Below are positions 25,858 through 35,214 of a stretch of 64,000 nucleotides of DNA, piece after piece. The stretch covers positions 5,720 to 69,719 of the forward strand of contig CACIJE010000001.1 in the NCBI GenBank assembly GCA_902586925.1, read 5' to 3'. The position numbers and the translations under genes are program-made. Each line of letters starts with the position of its first letter. Position 1 is the first letter of the stretch. Below the pieces are notes generated by a model. That model did not search any database. It was not told the origin of the DNA and was given only the letters and a program-made list of their open reading frames with translations. The stretch is from an uncultured SAR86 cluster bacterium (GTDB lineage Bacteria > Pseudomonadota > Gammaproteobacteria > Magnimaribacterales > D2472).

Positions 25858-26976
25858 GTGATTAATAAAATTAGTATACAAAATATGTTGAGTGGTCTCG
25901 AAGGCAAGCTTGGAGAAGATGACTATACTGAACCTCTAGAAATCCTAATAAATTCTGCCAACAAAAATAATGAATTCAATTTTTTTGGGTCAATTGCTTT
26001 TAAAAATCAATTAAAAGATCGTTTAAAAATGAGAAGCAAGCTTTATAGTTTTGTTAAAGATAAAGAATTGTGCTCTCCTGCTAATCCAGTTTTTGTAACT
26101 GGACTTCCTAGATCTGGTACAACATTTCTTTTTAATTTATTAGCGTTAGATGATAGTCATAGATCACCAAGATATTGGGAAATAATGTCTCTAATGCCAT
26201 TGGTTAAAAATAATTGGGATATTAAAAGAAGAGAATGGAAGATAAACGCAGAATTGAAATTTGCTAGAACTATTATTCCTAAATTAAGGAATATGCACCA
26301 CATAAGAGCTAATTCTCCTGAAGAATGTGAACTATTAGCTACGATAAATGTAAGAAGTTTTGTATACATGTGTATGGCAAATGTACCTGAGTATGTGGAA
26401 TATTTAAAAGATTGTAGTTTTGAGTCTGTATTCAAATGGCATAAAAGATTCTTTCAAGTACTTGAAATTAACGGTAGGCCAAAAAGATGGCTATTAAAAG
26501 ATCCAAGCCATATAGGTCACATCCCAGAAATACTATCTACCTATCCAAATGCAAAATTTATTAATATTCACAGAGACCCAATGGAGTCGATTGCATCCTT
26601 TTGTAGTCTTGCAAAAAATATAAGAACTGCATTTTCAAAAAATGTTAATCCTATGGAAATTGGAAATGTTATTTTAGATTTTTGGCAACATAGCCTTCAA
26701 AAAGGCATTCAGGCTAAAGAAAATCTTTCCTCAGATCAAATTATCGATATCAGCTATAGCAGCTTTGTAGATGATCCTTTAAATATTTTGAAAGATATAT
26801 ACCAAAACTTTGAATTTGATATGGATATTGTGACTGAAAATAAAATAAAAAATTATCTAATAAACCAAAATAAATTAAAAAAAGAAAAACATTCATATTC
26901 CATAGAAGAATTTGGATTAAGCGAAGACACAGTTAAAAATCATTTTAAAAACTACATCATGAACTATGAGTTTTGA
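25858..26976 (+). CDS. sulfotransferase family protein
   Basis: GLPRSGTT PAPS-binding motif, WLLKDPSH, HRDP. Confidence 0.88.
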   Translation: MINKISIQNMLSGLEGKLGEDDYTEPLEILINSANKNNEFNFFGSIAFKNQLKDRLKMRSKLYSFVKDKELCSPANPVFVTGLPRSGTTFLFNLLALDDSHRSPRYWEIMSLMPLVKNNWDIKRREWKINAELKFARTIIPKLRNMHHIRANSPEECELLATINVRSFVYMCMANVPEYVEYLKDCSFESVFKWHKRFFQVLEINGRPKRWLLKDPSHIGHIPEILSTYPNAKFINIHRDPMESIASFCSLAKNIRTAFSKNVNPMEIGNVILDFWQHSLQKGIQAKENLSSDQIIDISYSSFVDDPLNILKDIYQNFEFDMDIVTENKIKNYLINQNKLKKEKHSYSIEEFGLSEDTVKNHFKNYIMNYEF

Positions 26977-27010
26977 TGATAAAATTAACATACATATCTA
27001 AGGCGTATCA

Positions 27011-27619
27011 TTGAAAACTAGAAACTTTAAAATCTATATACCACTTTTAATAGCTTTAGCCTCGTGTATGGATGTTATTGAAAATGATGAAGCTAACAAT
27101 CTTATGGAGAAGAAAATGACACAAGTAACAATAAAAACATCTGTTGGAGACATTCAACTTGAGCTAAATGACGAAAAAGCACCCATAACAGTTGAAAATT
27201 TTAAAATTATCGCCTCCAGTGGTTACTATGAAGGAACAATATTTCATAGAGTTATAAATGATTTCATGATTCAAGGCGGTGGATTAACTGCTGATATGAA
27301 TAATAAGCCTAGTGGAACTGGTCCTATACAAAATGAAGCTAATAATGGATTGCCAAATAACAGAGGTACTATTGCAATGGCCAGAACGATGGATCCACAC
27401 TCAGCTACAAGTCAGTTCTTTATTAATCACAAGGACAATGCATTTCTAAATCATACTGGTGAGACATCTCAAGGATGGGGATATGCTGTATTTGGTATGG
27501 TTACTGAAGGTATGGATGTTGTTGATCAAATAGCAGAAGTGGCAACTGGATCTTCTGGAGCTTATCAAGACGTTCCTGAAGAAGTGATAACTATTGAGTC
27601 AGTTACTATCTCTGAATGA
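27011..27619 (+). CDS. ppiB: cyclophilin-type peptidyl-prolyl isomerase
   Basis: [35 protein letters not shown]; directly upstream of lpxH. Alternative start ATG 27116. Confidence 0.92.
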   Translation: MKTRNFKIYIPLLIALASCMDVIENDEANNLMEKKMTQVTIKTSVGDIQLELNDEKAPITVENFKIIASSGYYEGTIFHRVINDFMIQGGGLTADMNNKPSGTGPIQNEANNGLPNNRGTIAMARTMDPHSATSQFFINHKDNAFLNHTGETSQGWGYAVFGMVTEGMDVVDQIAEVATGSSGAYQDVPEEVITIESVTISE

Positions 27620-28329
27620 CATCCTTTTTTATATCGGACATACATTTAAGCGAAAGTAATAATAAACTATCTTCTGCTTTCATAAATTTTCTTAAAGATT
27701 CTAAAGAATCTTGCTCACAACTTTTTATTCTTGGAGACTTATTTGAAGTTTGGATTGGTGATGATTATGAAACAAGTTTTATAAACGACATAAAATCTGA
27801 ACTTTTAAAATTTACAACTAACGGACCGGATACTTTTCTCATGCATGGCAATAGAGATTTTTTAATAAGTGAGAAATTTTTGACTGATACTGGTATTAAA
27901 CTTCTTCCCGATCCATTTGAAATAACTATGCATAATAAAAAAGTTCTCTTAAGTCACGGAGACTTCTTGTGTACTGATGATGTTGATTACATTAATTTTA
28001 GAAATCAGGTTAGAGATAAAGCTTGGCAAGATAATTTTCTGAGTAAGTCAATTGAAGAAAGAAGTGAAATTGCATCAAAACTAAGAAGTGATAGCAATGA
28101 TGCAACCCAAGATAAATCCTCAGAAATCACCGATGTTAACGAGTCATCGGTCAAAAAAATTATTGACGATTACTCTCCTGACATATTTATTCATGGTCAT
28201 ACTCACAGACCTAATATTCATGAATATACATCCTCAAAACGTATTGTTCTTGGCGATTGGAGTGACTTTGGTTGGTATCTACATCTTGACGATAAGTCAT
28301 ACAATTTAGAAAAATTTTCTATTACTTAA
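27616..28329 (+). CDS. lpxH: UDP-2,3-diacylglucosamine hydrolase
   Basis: [33 protein letters not shown]. Confidence 0.93.
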   Translation: MTSFFISDIHLSESNNKLSSAFINFLKDSKESCSQLFILGDLFEVWIGDDYETSFINDIKSELLKFTTNGPDTFLMHGNRDFLISEKFLTDTGIKLLPDPFEITMHNKKVLLSHGDFLCTDDVDYINFRNQVRDKAWQDNFLSKSIEERSEIASKLRSDSNDATQDKSSEITDVNESSVKKIIDDYSPDIFIHGHTHRPNIHEYTSSKRIVLGDWSDFGWYLHLDDKSYNLEKFSIT

Positions 28330-28361
28330 TTAAGTACTTTACAAATATTAAGATTTAAATA

Positions 28362-28381
28362 TACTGTATATATATACAGTA
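28362..28381. promoter_or_regulatory. LexA (SOS) box
   Basis: TACTGTATATATATACAGTA, the exact gammaproteobacterial consensus, 7 bp before the umuD ATG. Confidence 0.95.
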
Positions 28382-28388
28382 TTAACCC

Positions 28389-28817
28389 ATGAAAGTTGAC
28401 TATATCGGAAAAATTTCTGAAGAAAATCTGCCGGCAATATTTGTGCCCTATTTTCTTGAATCAGTCCATGCCGGATTCCCCAGTCCGGCAAGTGACTATA
28501 TTGAAAGTCCTATAGATTTAAATAAGCACCTAATAAAAAATGGTGCTGCAACTTTTCTGGTTAGAGCACAAGGACAATCTATGGTTGGTTCTGGTATTAC
28601 TGATCAAGCAGTCTTAATAGTCGATAGAAGTATAAAACCGTCACATAACAGTATTGTGGTTGCAACAATAGACGGCGAATTTGTGTGTAAAAGATTAAAG
28701 CTCAAACCAAGAATGTGTTTAATGCCTGAGAATCCTGAGTATCCTCCTATCTTCATTAATAACGGACAAGAATTAGAGATAGTAGGAACTGTAACAGCAG
28801 CAATTAATAAATTCTAA
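28389..28817 (+). CDS. umuD: DNA polymerase V subunit UmuD
   Basis: AGFPSPA cleavage site, GQSM serine, CKRL lysine. Confidence 0.93.
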   Translation: MKVDYIGKISEENLPAIFVPYFLESVHAGFPSPASDYIESPIDLNKHLIKNGAATFLVRAQGQSMVGSGITDQAVLIVDRSIKPSHNSIVVATIDGEFVCKRLKLKPRMCLMPENPEYPPIFINNGQELEIVGTVTAAINKF

Positions 28818-30079
28818 TGGCTTTTGCTCTTGTCGACTGTGAAAGTTTTTATGCCTCATGTGAAAGAATTTTTCGTCCAGACCTAAAAAATGTTCCTATT
28901 GTTGTACTTTCTAACAATGATGGTTGTGTTATAGCAAGAAGTGCAGAGGCAAAAAGGATGGGAGTCGCAATGGGCATTCCATGGTTTAAGGTTAGAGAAT
29001 CTTTTCTTAAACAAAATGGAAAAGTGTTTTCATCAAATTTTACATTTTACGGAGATATATCTGCCAGAGTAATGAATATTCTTGAGGGATTTGTTCCAAG
29101 GGTTGAAATATATAGTATCGATGAGGCCTTTTTAGACTTAGATACTTTGAAGCAAAACTATAATCTGTATGATTTCGGTTGTCATATAAGATCTTTGGTG
29201 AGGCAATGGACAGGAATCCCAGTTCGGATAGGAATAGCTCCAAATAAAACTTTAAGCAAAATTGCTATAAACGAAATCAAAAGAAAAAATATACCAACAT
29301 CTGTGATTCATTTATCAGATGAAATAAAGATTAAGACTGCATTAAGACATGCTCCAGTAGGCAAGGTATGGGGAGTTGGAAGAAGACTAAACGAGCATCT
29401 AAATAATGCTGGTATCAATACAGCACTAGACCTTGCGAATGTTAGTCCACAAAATATTAGAAAAAAATTTAGTATCGTTTTAGAGAGGACTGTAAGAGAG
29501 CTAAGAGGAGAAAGATGTCTTAATATCGAAGATGATATTTCATCAAAAAAACAAATTGTTGTAAGTAGAAGTTTTGGTGAGAGAGTATCTAACCTAGAAA
29601 CATTAAAACCTATAGTCAGTAATTTTGCTGTTAGGGCAGCAGAAAAGTTAAGAAGTGAAAAACAAAAATGTTCTCAAGTTTCTGTTTATGTAAGAACTAG
29701 TCCCTTTAACAAAAATAAACCTCAGCACTCAGATCTAAAAACAATTGGGCTTCTTACTCCTACAAATGATACTAGAGCGATTCTTACAGCAGCTAAAAAA
29801 GGTTTATTGCCTATCTTTAGATCTGGCTACGATTATGCAAAAGCAGGAATAGTCTTGAATAAATTCACTAATGAGCATATAAAACAATATTCTTTATTTA
29901 AAGACCCTAACGATCCCAAACAAGATACAAAATTGATGAAGTATCTTGATCAAATGAATGCCTACGAAACCCAGATTTACTATGCATCTCAAAATACAAA
30001 AAAATGGTCTCCAATGAAACAAAATATGACTTCTCCGAAATATACAACTAGTTGGCACGACCTTCCAAAGGTAAATTAA
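28817..30079 (+). CDS. umuC: DNA polymerase V subunit UmuC
   Basis: LVDCESFYASCE, SNNDGC, YSIDEAF, QYSLF, SPKYTTSW. Confidence 0.95.
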   Translation: MAFALVDCESFYASCERIFRPDLKNVPIVVLSNNDGCVIARSAEAKRMGVAMGIPWFKVRESFLKQNGKVFSSNFTFYGDISARVMNILEGFVPRVEIYSIDEAFLDLDTLKQNYNLYDFGCHIRSLVRQWTGIPVRIGIAPNKTLSKIAINEIKRKNIPTSVIHLSDEIKIKTALRHAPVGKVWGVGRRLNEHLNNAGINTALDLANVSPQNIRKKFSIVLERTVRELRGERCLNIEDDISSKKQIVVSRSFGERVSNLETLKPIVSNFAVRAAEKLRSEKQKCSQVSVYVRTSPFNKNKPQHSDLKTIGLLTPTNDTRAILTAAKKGLLPIFRSGYDYAKAGIVLNKFTNEHIKQYSLFKDPNDPKQDTKLMKYLDQMNAYETQIYYASQNTKKWSPMKQNMTSPKYTTSWHDLPKVN

Positions 30080-30430
30080 ATGGTAAAAAAATTAAATAAA
30101 TATCGAGCTTTGAGGGCTAGTATGATCATGCCTACAAAATGGCACAAAAAAAATTCAGAATATACCAAAATATTCCTACAAATAACTGATATTCGTCTTA
30201 TGCTAAATGAATTAAAAAGTAGATTAGAGTTAAGTTCTCTTAGGTTAAAAATTGCAATACGCTTTCATAACTCAAAACAAAAAAGAGCTGAGTTAAAATT
30301 TCAACAAAGAATTTTAAATGAGCACTTAAATCAAGTTGATAAATTATTAGCAAGAAATCATAATTTGCAAAAATGGGCTTATGAAAAGGAGTATGGAGAA
30401 AGTTATTTTGATTACGATTATTTCAATTAA
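30080..30430 (+). CDS. hypothetical protein
   Basis: 116-aa ORF abutting the umuC stop. Confidence 0.55.
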   Translation: MVKKLNKYRALRASMIMPTKWHKKNSEYTKIFLQITDIRLMLNELKSRLELSSLRLKIAIRFHNSKQKRAELKFQQRILNEHLNQVDKLLARNHNLQKWAYEKEYGESYFDYDYFN

Positions 30431-30897
30431 GAATTTTCCCAATAAGAAAGTGTTTTCAGATTAATTTTCGATTTATGAGTTTCGTCAATAAGTTTAATCA
30501 ATGATTCGTAAAATAGATCTGCTTCGTCATCTGAAACTAGCAATCTCAATGATTTAATAATTCTAGTTATTCTGAGATAGTTATGATCATGTTTTCTTTT
30601 CCAATGAGAGTTTCTAGCCAAAAATAAAAGAAACCATTTTGATGACTTGACAATATTCTCTTTCACTAATTTGTTAGCTTTTAAGCTAAAAATAGCTTCA
30701 TGGGAATCGAGATATATTCCATTGGAAACTGCGTTGCTCTTTTCATCAAGCGGAAATAAGAGTTGGATAAAATCATGAGTATGTTCAATTTGCTCATCAG
30801 AATAATTCCAAATATCTTGAAGAAACCTATTTTTAAAATCTGGTTCTTTATTGGATAAAAATTTTTCAATATTCATACCAAAAAGATTATAGTCCAA
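30427..30897 (-). CDS. opioid growth factor receptor (OGFr_N)-like protein
   Basis: EHTHDFIQLLFPL and HNYLRITRIIKSL. Confidence 0.8.
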   Translation of the reverse strand: MDYNLFGMNIEKFLSNKEPDFKNRFLQDIWNYSDEQIEHTHDFIQLLFPLDEKSNAVSNGIYLDSHEAIFSLKANKLVKENIVKSSKWFLLFLARNSHWKRKHDHNYLRITRIIKSLRLLVSDDEADLFYESLIKLIDETHKSKINLKTLSYWENS

Positions 30898-30901
30898 TAG
30901 A

Positions 30902-31588
30902 TTAGACTCTTACGTCCTCAACATCAGATTCATTTAATGGATATTCACTGAAACATATTCTTTCAGATTGTTTCATAGCATTTCGCATACCTTTTGTATT
31001 GAAAATCATGTCATCAAGTTCAATATCTTGTGCAAACTTTATCTTTATGATTTCAGCATATCTAAGAGATGGATAATATTTTGGTTTTAGGAGGTAATCT
31101 CCATCGTCAAATATATTTTTAACTTCAAATACAACTTTCTTAGGCTTGTAGTCATCTACTGTAATAACAGCTTCAATTTTGTCTCCAAGATTATAATTTG
31201 TTGCATTAGATGGAGTTGTTATTATGGGATCTGTACATATACAAAATGGTCTGTCCATTTCAATAAAAAAAGTAGATTGATGGTTATCTGATGTTTTCTG
31301 AAGAACTAGTGTTTCTTGACCCCATGAGGTAATACCCCAATTGTCTATTGTTCTTAATTCAATGTCGGCAGAGAGGAATGAAGATGAGACTGCAATAAGA
31401 AGAATATGTTTTCGATATGATCGATCTTGGTTCCCTGAAAAAGGACCGTAATGAACCATATCATTATCAAGGATAATCTCATCTTCAAATTTGTGTAGAT
31501 TTTTCTTTTTCGCAGATAATTTTTTGATAGTAAAAAATAGGCCCGTTAATAATAATGCCACTAAACTGAAGCCAATAAATTCTTCCAT
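30902..31588 (-). CDS. membrane-anchored hypothetical protein
   Basis: N-terminal hydrophobic helix; GGAG RBS. Confidence 0.7.
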   Translation of the reverse strand: MEEFIGFSLVALLLTGLFFTIKKLSAKKKNLHKFEDEIILDNDMVHYGPFSGNQDRSYRKHILLIAVSSSFLSADIELRTIDNWGITSWGQETLVLQKTSDNHQSTFFIEMDRPFCICTDPIITTPSNATNYNLGDKIEAVITVDDYKPKKVVFEVKNIFDDGDYLLKPKYYPSLRYAEIIKIKFAQDIELDDMIFNTKGMRNAMKQSERICFSEYPLNESDVEDVRV

Positions 31589-31655
31589 TCTGTTCTCCTA
31601 TATGAATTGTTTATATATCTATAACGTGGCAGAAAAGAATTTGTTACAAATTAAT

Positions 31656-32300
31656 TTAGCAAGCACAAAAGATATGTCTTTTTACTTCATCAATTACATA
31701 GCTCTTATCAAGATTTTCAATTAAAGATAAATCTACAAAAAAAGTTTCATCTTGTTTAGGCTGATTAATATCATTATTTATAAAATTTTTTTTATTAGCT
31801 TCATAGACTGCATACATAATTTCATATCTATCAAGTCCAATTTGTTTTGCTAGCTCAGAAGATGGTCCCCATAAACCATTAGCCATATCTTCACCAGAGA
31901 TAAATAATGGTTCATCCTCTTCGATCATTAAAGTTTGAGTTTCATTTAATGCAATTTCTTTAGTTTCAGAAATATCTAATGATGAGTTAAAGATAACAAA
32001 GCCTATGGCTGCCATACTTGCTGCAATAGCTAAACCTACAAAAGGTTTAAAATTAATTGCTAAGACTTTAGAGGGTTTATTAAACTGCTCATCAATATAT
32101 GCATCTATCTTATTACTTAGTTCTTTGGACTTATCTCCTCCAAAGAAATCTTTAATAGCTGATTCAGAGACTAAAATGCTTTCGTAAAAGCTTCTTGTTT
32201 CCTCTGAACTATGAACTAGCTCTTTTAGTTCAGGTGAATTATCTAATGTTGCGCCATCATCCATTAAGTTGATAATTTTTATTTGCATTTCTTCATTCAT
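31656..32300 (-). CDS. putative anti-sigma factor with one TM helix and a FimV-like C-terminal module
   Basis: RseA-like N-terminus (LMDDG), TM GLAIAASMAAIGF; ATGA overlap with the ECF sigma stop. Confidence 0.65.
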   Translation of the reverse strand: MNEEMQIKIINLMDDGATLDNSPELKELVHSSEETRSFYESILVSESAIKDFFGGDKSKELSNKIDAYIDEQFNKPSKVLAINFKPFVGLAIAASMAAIGFVIFNSSLDISETKEIALNETQTLMIEEDEPLFISGEDMANGLWGPSSELAKQIGLDRYEIMYAVYEANKKNFINNDINQPKQDETFFVDLSLIENLDKSYVIDEVKRHIFCAC

Positions 32301-32875
32301 AATTTTTTCCCCATGCAATTAGCAAGACGTATCCTTGCTCTACTTGCTTTTACTCTTAAATTTGCCATGCTTATGTTTTCGACAACTTCTTGAATCTCTT
32401 CATAACTGTTACCAGCACCTAGCATGGCAAGGATTGTTTTATCTGTTTCATCAAACTTTTCGAGACAGCTCAACAGCTCTTGATACATAACTGATTGCTC
32501 TTGGAAACCATCATTTGTAATTGGAATATCATTCGCTTCAATGGATATCATTCTTTTCTCTTTGCGATAGTTATCAATAAAGTTATTTTTTAAAATCCTT
32601 TTTGCGTATGACATCGGTTGATCAGAATCCATTAACTTAGCTTTATTATTCATTAATTTTAAAATAGTAGTTTGAATTAAATCTTGAGCATCATCGTAAT
32701 TATTACTGGAAAGGGACATGGCATAACCCTCAAGTTTTTTACTAAGATATGTAATTAATTCCTTAAACGGCATTTCAATTCTATTCTTACATACTTTTTT
32801 TTTAGATTGTTTAATAACAATAGCATTATTAGGCCTAGTCTCAGCCATAGAATTGATTAAGGATACTGTCTCCAT
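32297..32875 (-). CDS. ECF RNA polymerase sigma factor
   Basis: DAQDLIQTT, ILKNNFIDNYRK, SYEEI...RVKASRAR. Confidence 0.85.
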   Translation of the reverse strand: METVSLINSMAETRPNNAIVIKQSKKKVCKNRIEMPFKELITYLSKKLEGYAMSLSSNNYDDAQDLIQTTILKLMNNKAKLMDSDQPMSYAKRILKNNFIDNYRKEKRMISIEANDIPITNDGFQEQSVMYQELLSCLEKFDETDKTILAMLGAGNSYEEIQEVVENISMANLRVKASRARIRLANCMGKKL

Positions 32876-32937
32876 ATTTTAAAATATTTACTTATTTCAT
32901 TTACTAAACGGTGCAGGATTGAAAATGTTACAAATAT

Positions 32938-33306
32938 TTAAGACAAATCTATTGCAAAATCCTTTAAAACTTCCATTTCTATGATTTTTAGAGCTTTTTT
33001 ATTTGTTCTTTTGAGATAAATCTTTGGCGCAAAACCGCATTCGTATGCCTCTTTCCACCTTTCAGCACAAAGACACCAAGAATCACCCTCTTTTAGCCCA
33101 GGAAAATTAAATTCTGGCCTCGGAGTAGACAAATCATTACCTCTACTTTTAGAAAAATCTAAAAATTCCTCAGTTAATAGTGCGCACACAGCATGAATGC
33201 CTCGGTCAAGATCATCTGTATGGCAAAAACCATCTCTAAAAAATCCAGTGACAGGATTGGAGCAACATTCTTCTATAACTTCGTCAAAAACATTAGTCTG
33301 TTTCAT
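32938..33306 (-). CDS. DUF2237 family protein
   Basis: PVTGFFRDGFC, GNDLSTPRPE, WCLCAERW. Confidence 0.9.
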   Translation of the reverse strand: MKQTNVFDEVIEECCSNPVTGFFRDGFCHTDDLDRGIHAVCALLTEEFLDFSKSRGNDLSTPRPEFNFPGLKEGDSWCLCAERWKEAYECGFAPKIYLKRTNKKALKIIEMEVLKDFAIDLS

Positions 33307-33490
33307 TTTTATCTAATTCCTTTTTGTATTTTTCATAATCTTCCCAGTCATGAGGAGTTCCGACATTTTGAATGCCTTTCATTGCACGAAATAAACTTTT
33401 AGTTCTAAGCGCAGTTGAATCTTCTTCTTTCCCAAAAATTTTATTCCATCCAGATTGAAATGATTTAAAAAAGTTTTTTCTGTTTTTCAT
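33293..33490 (-). CDS. small hypothetical protein
   Basis: Overlaps both neighbours in the operon. Confidence 0.6.
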   Translation of the reverse strand: MKNRKNFFKSFQSGWNKIFGKEEDSTALRTKSLFRAMKGIQNVGTPHDWEDYEKYKKELDKNETD

Positions 33491-33732
33491 GTTTTCTTAG
33501 ATTCAAATTCACAAGACATTTTTGCAATAACTTCACCTTCAACTCTTAAATTAACTTTAGCTCTTCCTTCCATTGTTCCAGTGACTGTGCATTGTTCGAT
33601 ACTTTCTTCAACAATCATTCGAACAATTTGTTTTAGTTCGTCTATTGATAATTCGCTAACTTTTCTCTCATCCGTGTCTTCGGTAGAAAACAAAAATGTT
33701 GAACTTAAAAAGACTAGTAATAATAATTTCAT
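33487..33732 (-). CDS. small secreted hypothetical protein
   Basis: Start ATG 33732 after GAGG RBS; signal-peptide-like MKLLLLVFLSSTFLFS. Confidence 0.65.
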   Translation of the reverse strand: MKLLLLVFLSSTFLFSTEDTDERKVSELSIDELKQIVRMIVEESIEQCTVTGTMEGRAKVNLRVEGEVIAKMSCEFESKKT

Positions 33733-33795
33733 ATTGGTCCTCATAAAAATATTAAATGTATAATTAGTTTCATTGTATAAACTAAATAGAAAAAA

Positions 33796-34116
33796 ATGAA
33801 TGAATCTAAAATACTTTTTAATGAAAAATGTAGGGTATGTAATTTTGAGATTAAGCACTATAAAAAAAGATCAAAATTAAATTTTGTGGATTGTAGTGAA
33901 ATGGAAGATAAGTATTTAAAAAGATTGCATGTGGTCTTTGATAATGGTGATGAAATTTCTGGTGTGGATGCTTTCATATATGTTTGGGAAAGAACAAATG
34001 GTTATGCATGGATTGCAAAAATCATTAAGTTGCCGATCGTATACTTTTTGTCAAAAATTGCTTACTCAATTATAGCTTTTATATTGTTTTACAAATATAA
34101 AATACTAGGTAAATGA
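33796..34116 (+). CDS. DUF393 / DCC1-like thiol-disulfide oxidoreductase
   Basis: N-terminal CRVC, RLHV...GVDAF. Confidence 0.8.
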   Translation: MNESKILFNEKCRVCNFEIKHYKKRSKLNFVDCSEMEDKYLKRLHVVFDNGDEISGVDAFIYVWERTNGYAWIAKIIKLPIVYFLSKIAYSIIAFILFYKYKILGK

Positions 34117-34142
34117 GAATGATAATCATATTGATTATCATT
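34115..34142. promoter_or_regulatory. Fur box (overlapping pair)
   Basis: GATAATCATATTGATTATC (34121-34139) matches the Fur consensus at 16/19; upstream of a ferritin-like gene. Confidence 0.75.
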
Positions 34143-34213
34143 AAAAAAATACCTAATATCAGTAGTTTACAATCAATTTAATATTACTATAATAGTATTA
34201 AATTTACAATTAC

Positions 34214-34669
34214 ATGGAGTTACTTCTGATGGACAATAATGAAATTAATGCTGAAGAGGTTTGTGATATTCTGAATGAGATTATGGAGTATGAGCTAGCT
34301 GGTGTTGTTAGGTATACTCACTCTTCTATGATGGTAAGCGGACCCTATAGGTTACCGATAGTTACATTTTTAAAAGAGCAAGCAGAAGAGTCTTTATTGC
34401 ATGCTCAACTTGCTGGTGAAAAAATAGCAGGCTTAGATGGTCACCCAAGTCAAAAGATAGCAAAAATAGAGGAAACAAACAGACATACTATCAAGGATAT
34501 TCTTGAGGAAAGTTTAGAGCATGAACTCTTTGCATTGGGACTATATAAAAAACTTTTAAGTTGTGTCGAAGATAAATCAGTATATTTGGAAGAATATGCA
34601 AGAGCTCAAATTGGTGAAGAAGAGCAACACTCTTTAGAGCTAAAAATAATGCTTAAAGATTTTAGTTAG
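34214..34669 (+). CDS. bacterioferritin / ferritin-like protein
   Basis: Diiron motifs EYELAGV, EESLLHA, EEEQH. Start may be ATG 34229. Confidence 0.85.
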   Translation: MELLLMDNNEINAEEVCDILNEIMEYELAGVVRYTHSSMMVSGPYRLPIVTFLKEQAEESLLHAQLAGEKIAGLDGHPSQKIAKIEETNRHTIKDILEESLEHELFALGLYKKLLSCVEDKSVYLEEYARAQIGEEEQHSLELKIMLKDFS

Positions 34670-35109
34670 CTTTTAAAATATCTTTGATGATGAGCTTCCG
34701 ACAGTTCAAGTAGTTCTGTATTAATTTCATCTTTAATAACTTTGGGATCAAAACTTATCAAACTTTGAATACCATAATTCTTTAATTCGAATTCTTGAGA
34801 ACCAGCTGCTCTAAATAAATCAAATATCCAGGTCAGTGGCTCTAATGAATGATTAAAGTTAATTGCTTTTTCCTCCAACTTAGAAGCGAAAAGTTCTGAA
34901 TCAAAAATCTTAAATCTATTTTGTAAAATTTTAATTTTAAATTGTTCTAGTCGACCATTGATAATTTCTCTTTCATTTTCTGAATATTTTGGCCAATTAA
35001 TTATTTCGTGAGCAAAACGTTTACAACCCTTACATACCTCATCACCAAATGTAGTAGTACAAATTCCTAGACAAGGTGTTGAGGAACGTTTTTTTTGTAA
35101 TTTAGGCAT
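34666..35109 (-). CDS. DUF1289 family protein
   Basis: TPCLGIC...VCKGCKRFAHEIINW. Confidence 0.85.
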   Translation of the reverse strand: MPKLQKKRSSTPCLGICTTTFGDEVCKGCKRFAHEIINWPKYSENEREIINGRLEQFKIKILQNRFKIFDSELFASKLEEKAINFNHSLEPLTWIFDLFRAAGSQEFELKNYGIQSLISFDPKVIKDEINTELLELSEAHHQRYFKS

Positions 35110-35214
35110 ATGAGAAAATAATAACCGATTTTTAATTAAAATTATTGTTAATTTTCCTTATTTAGTGGCTATCTTGAGCTATAAGAGTAAAATATTGCCA
35201 TCGGAGACCAGACG

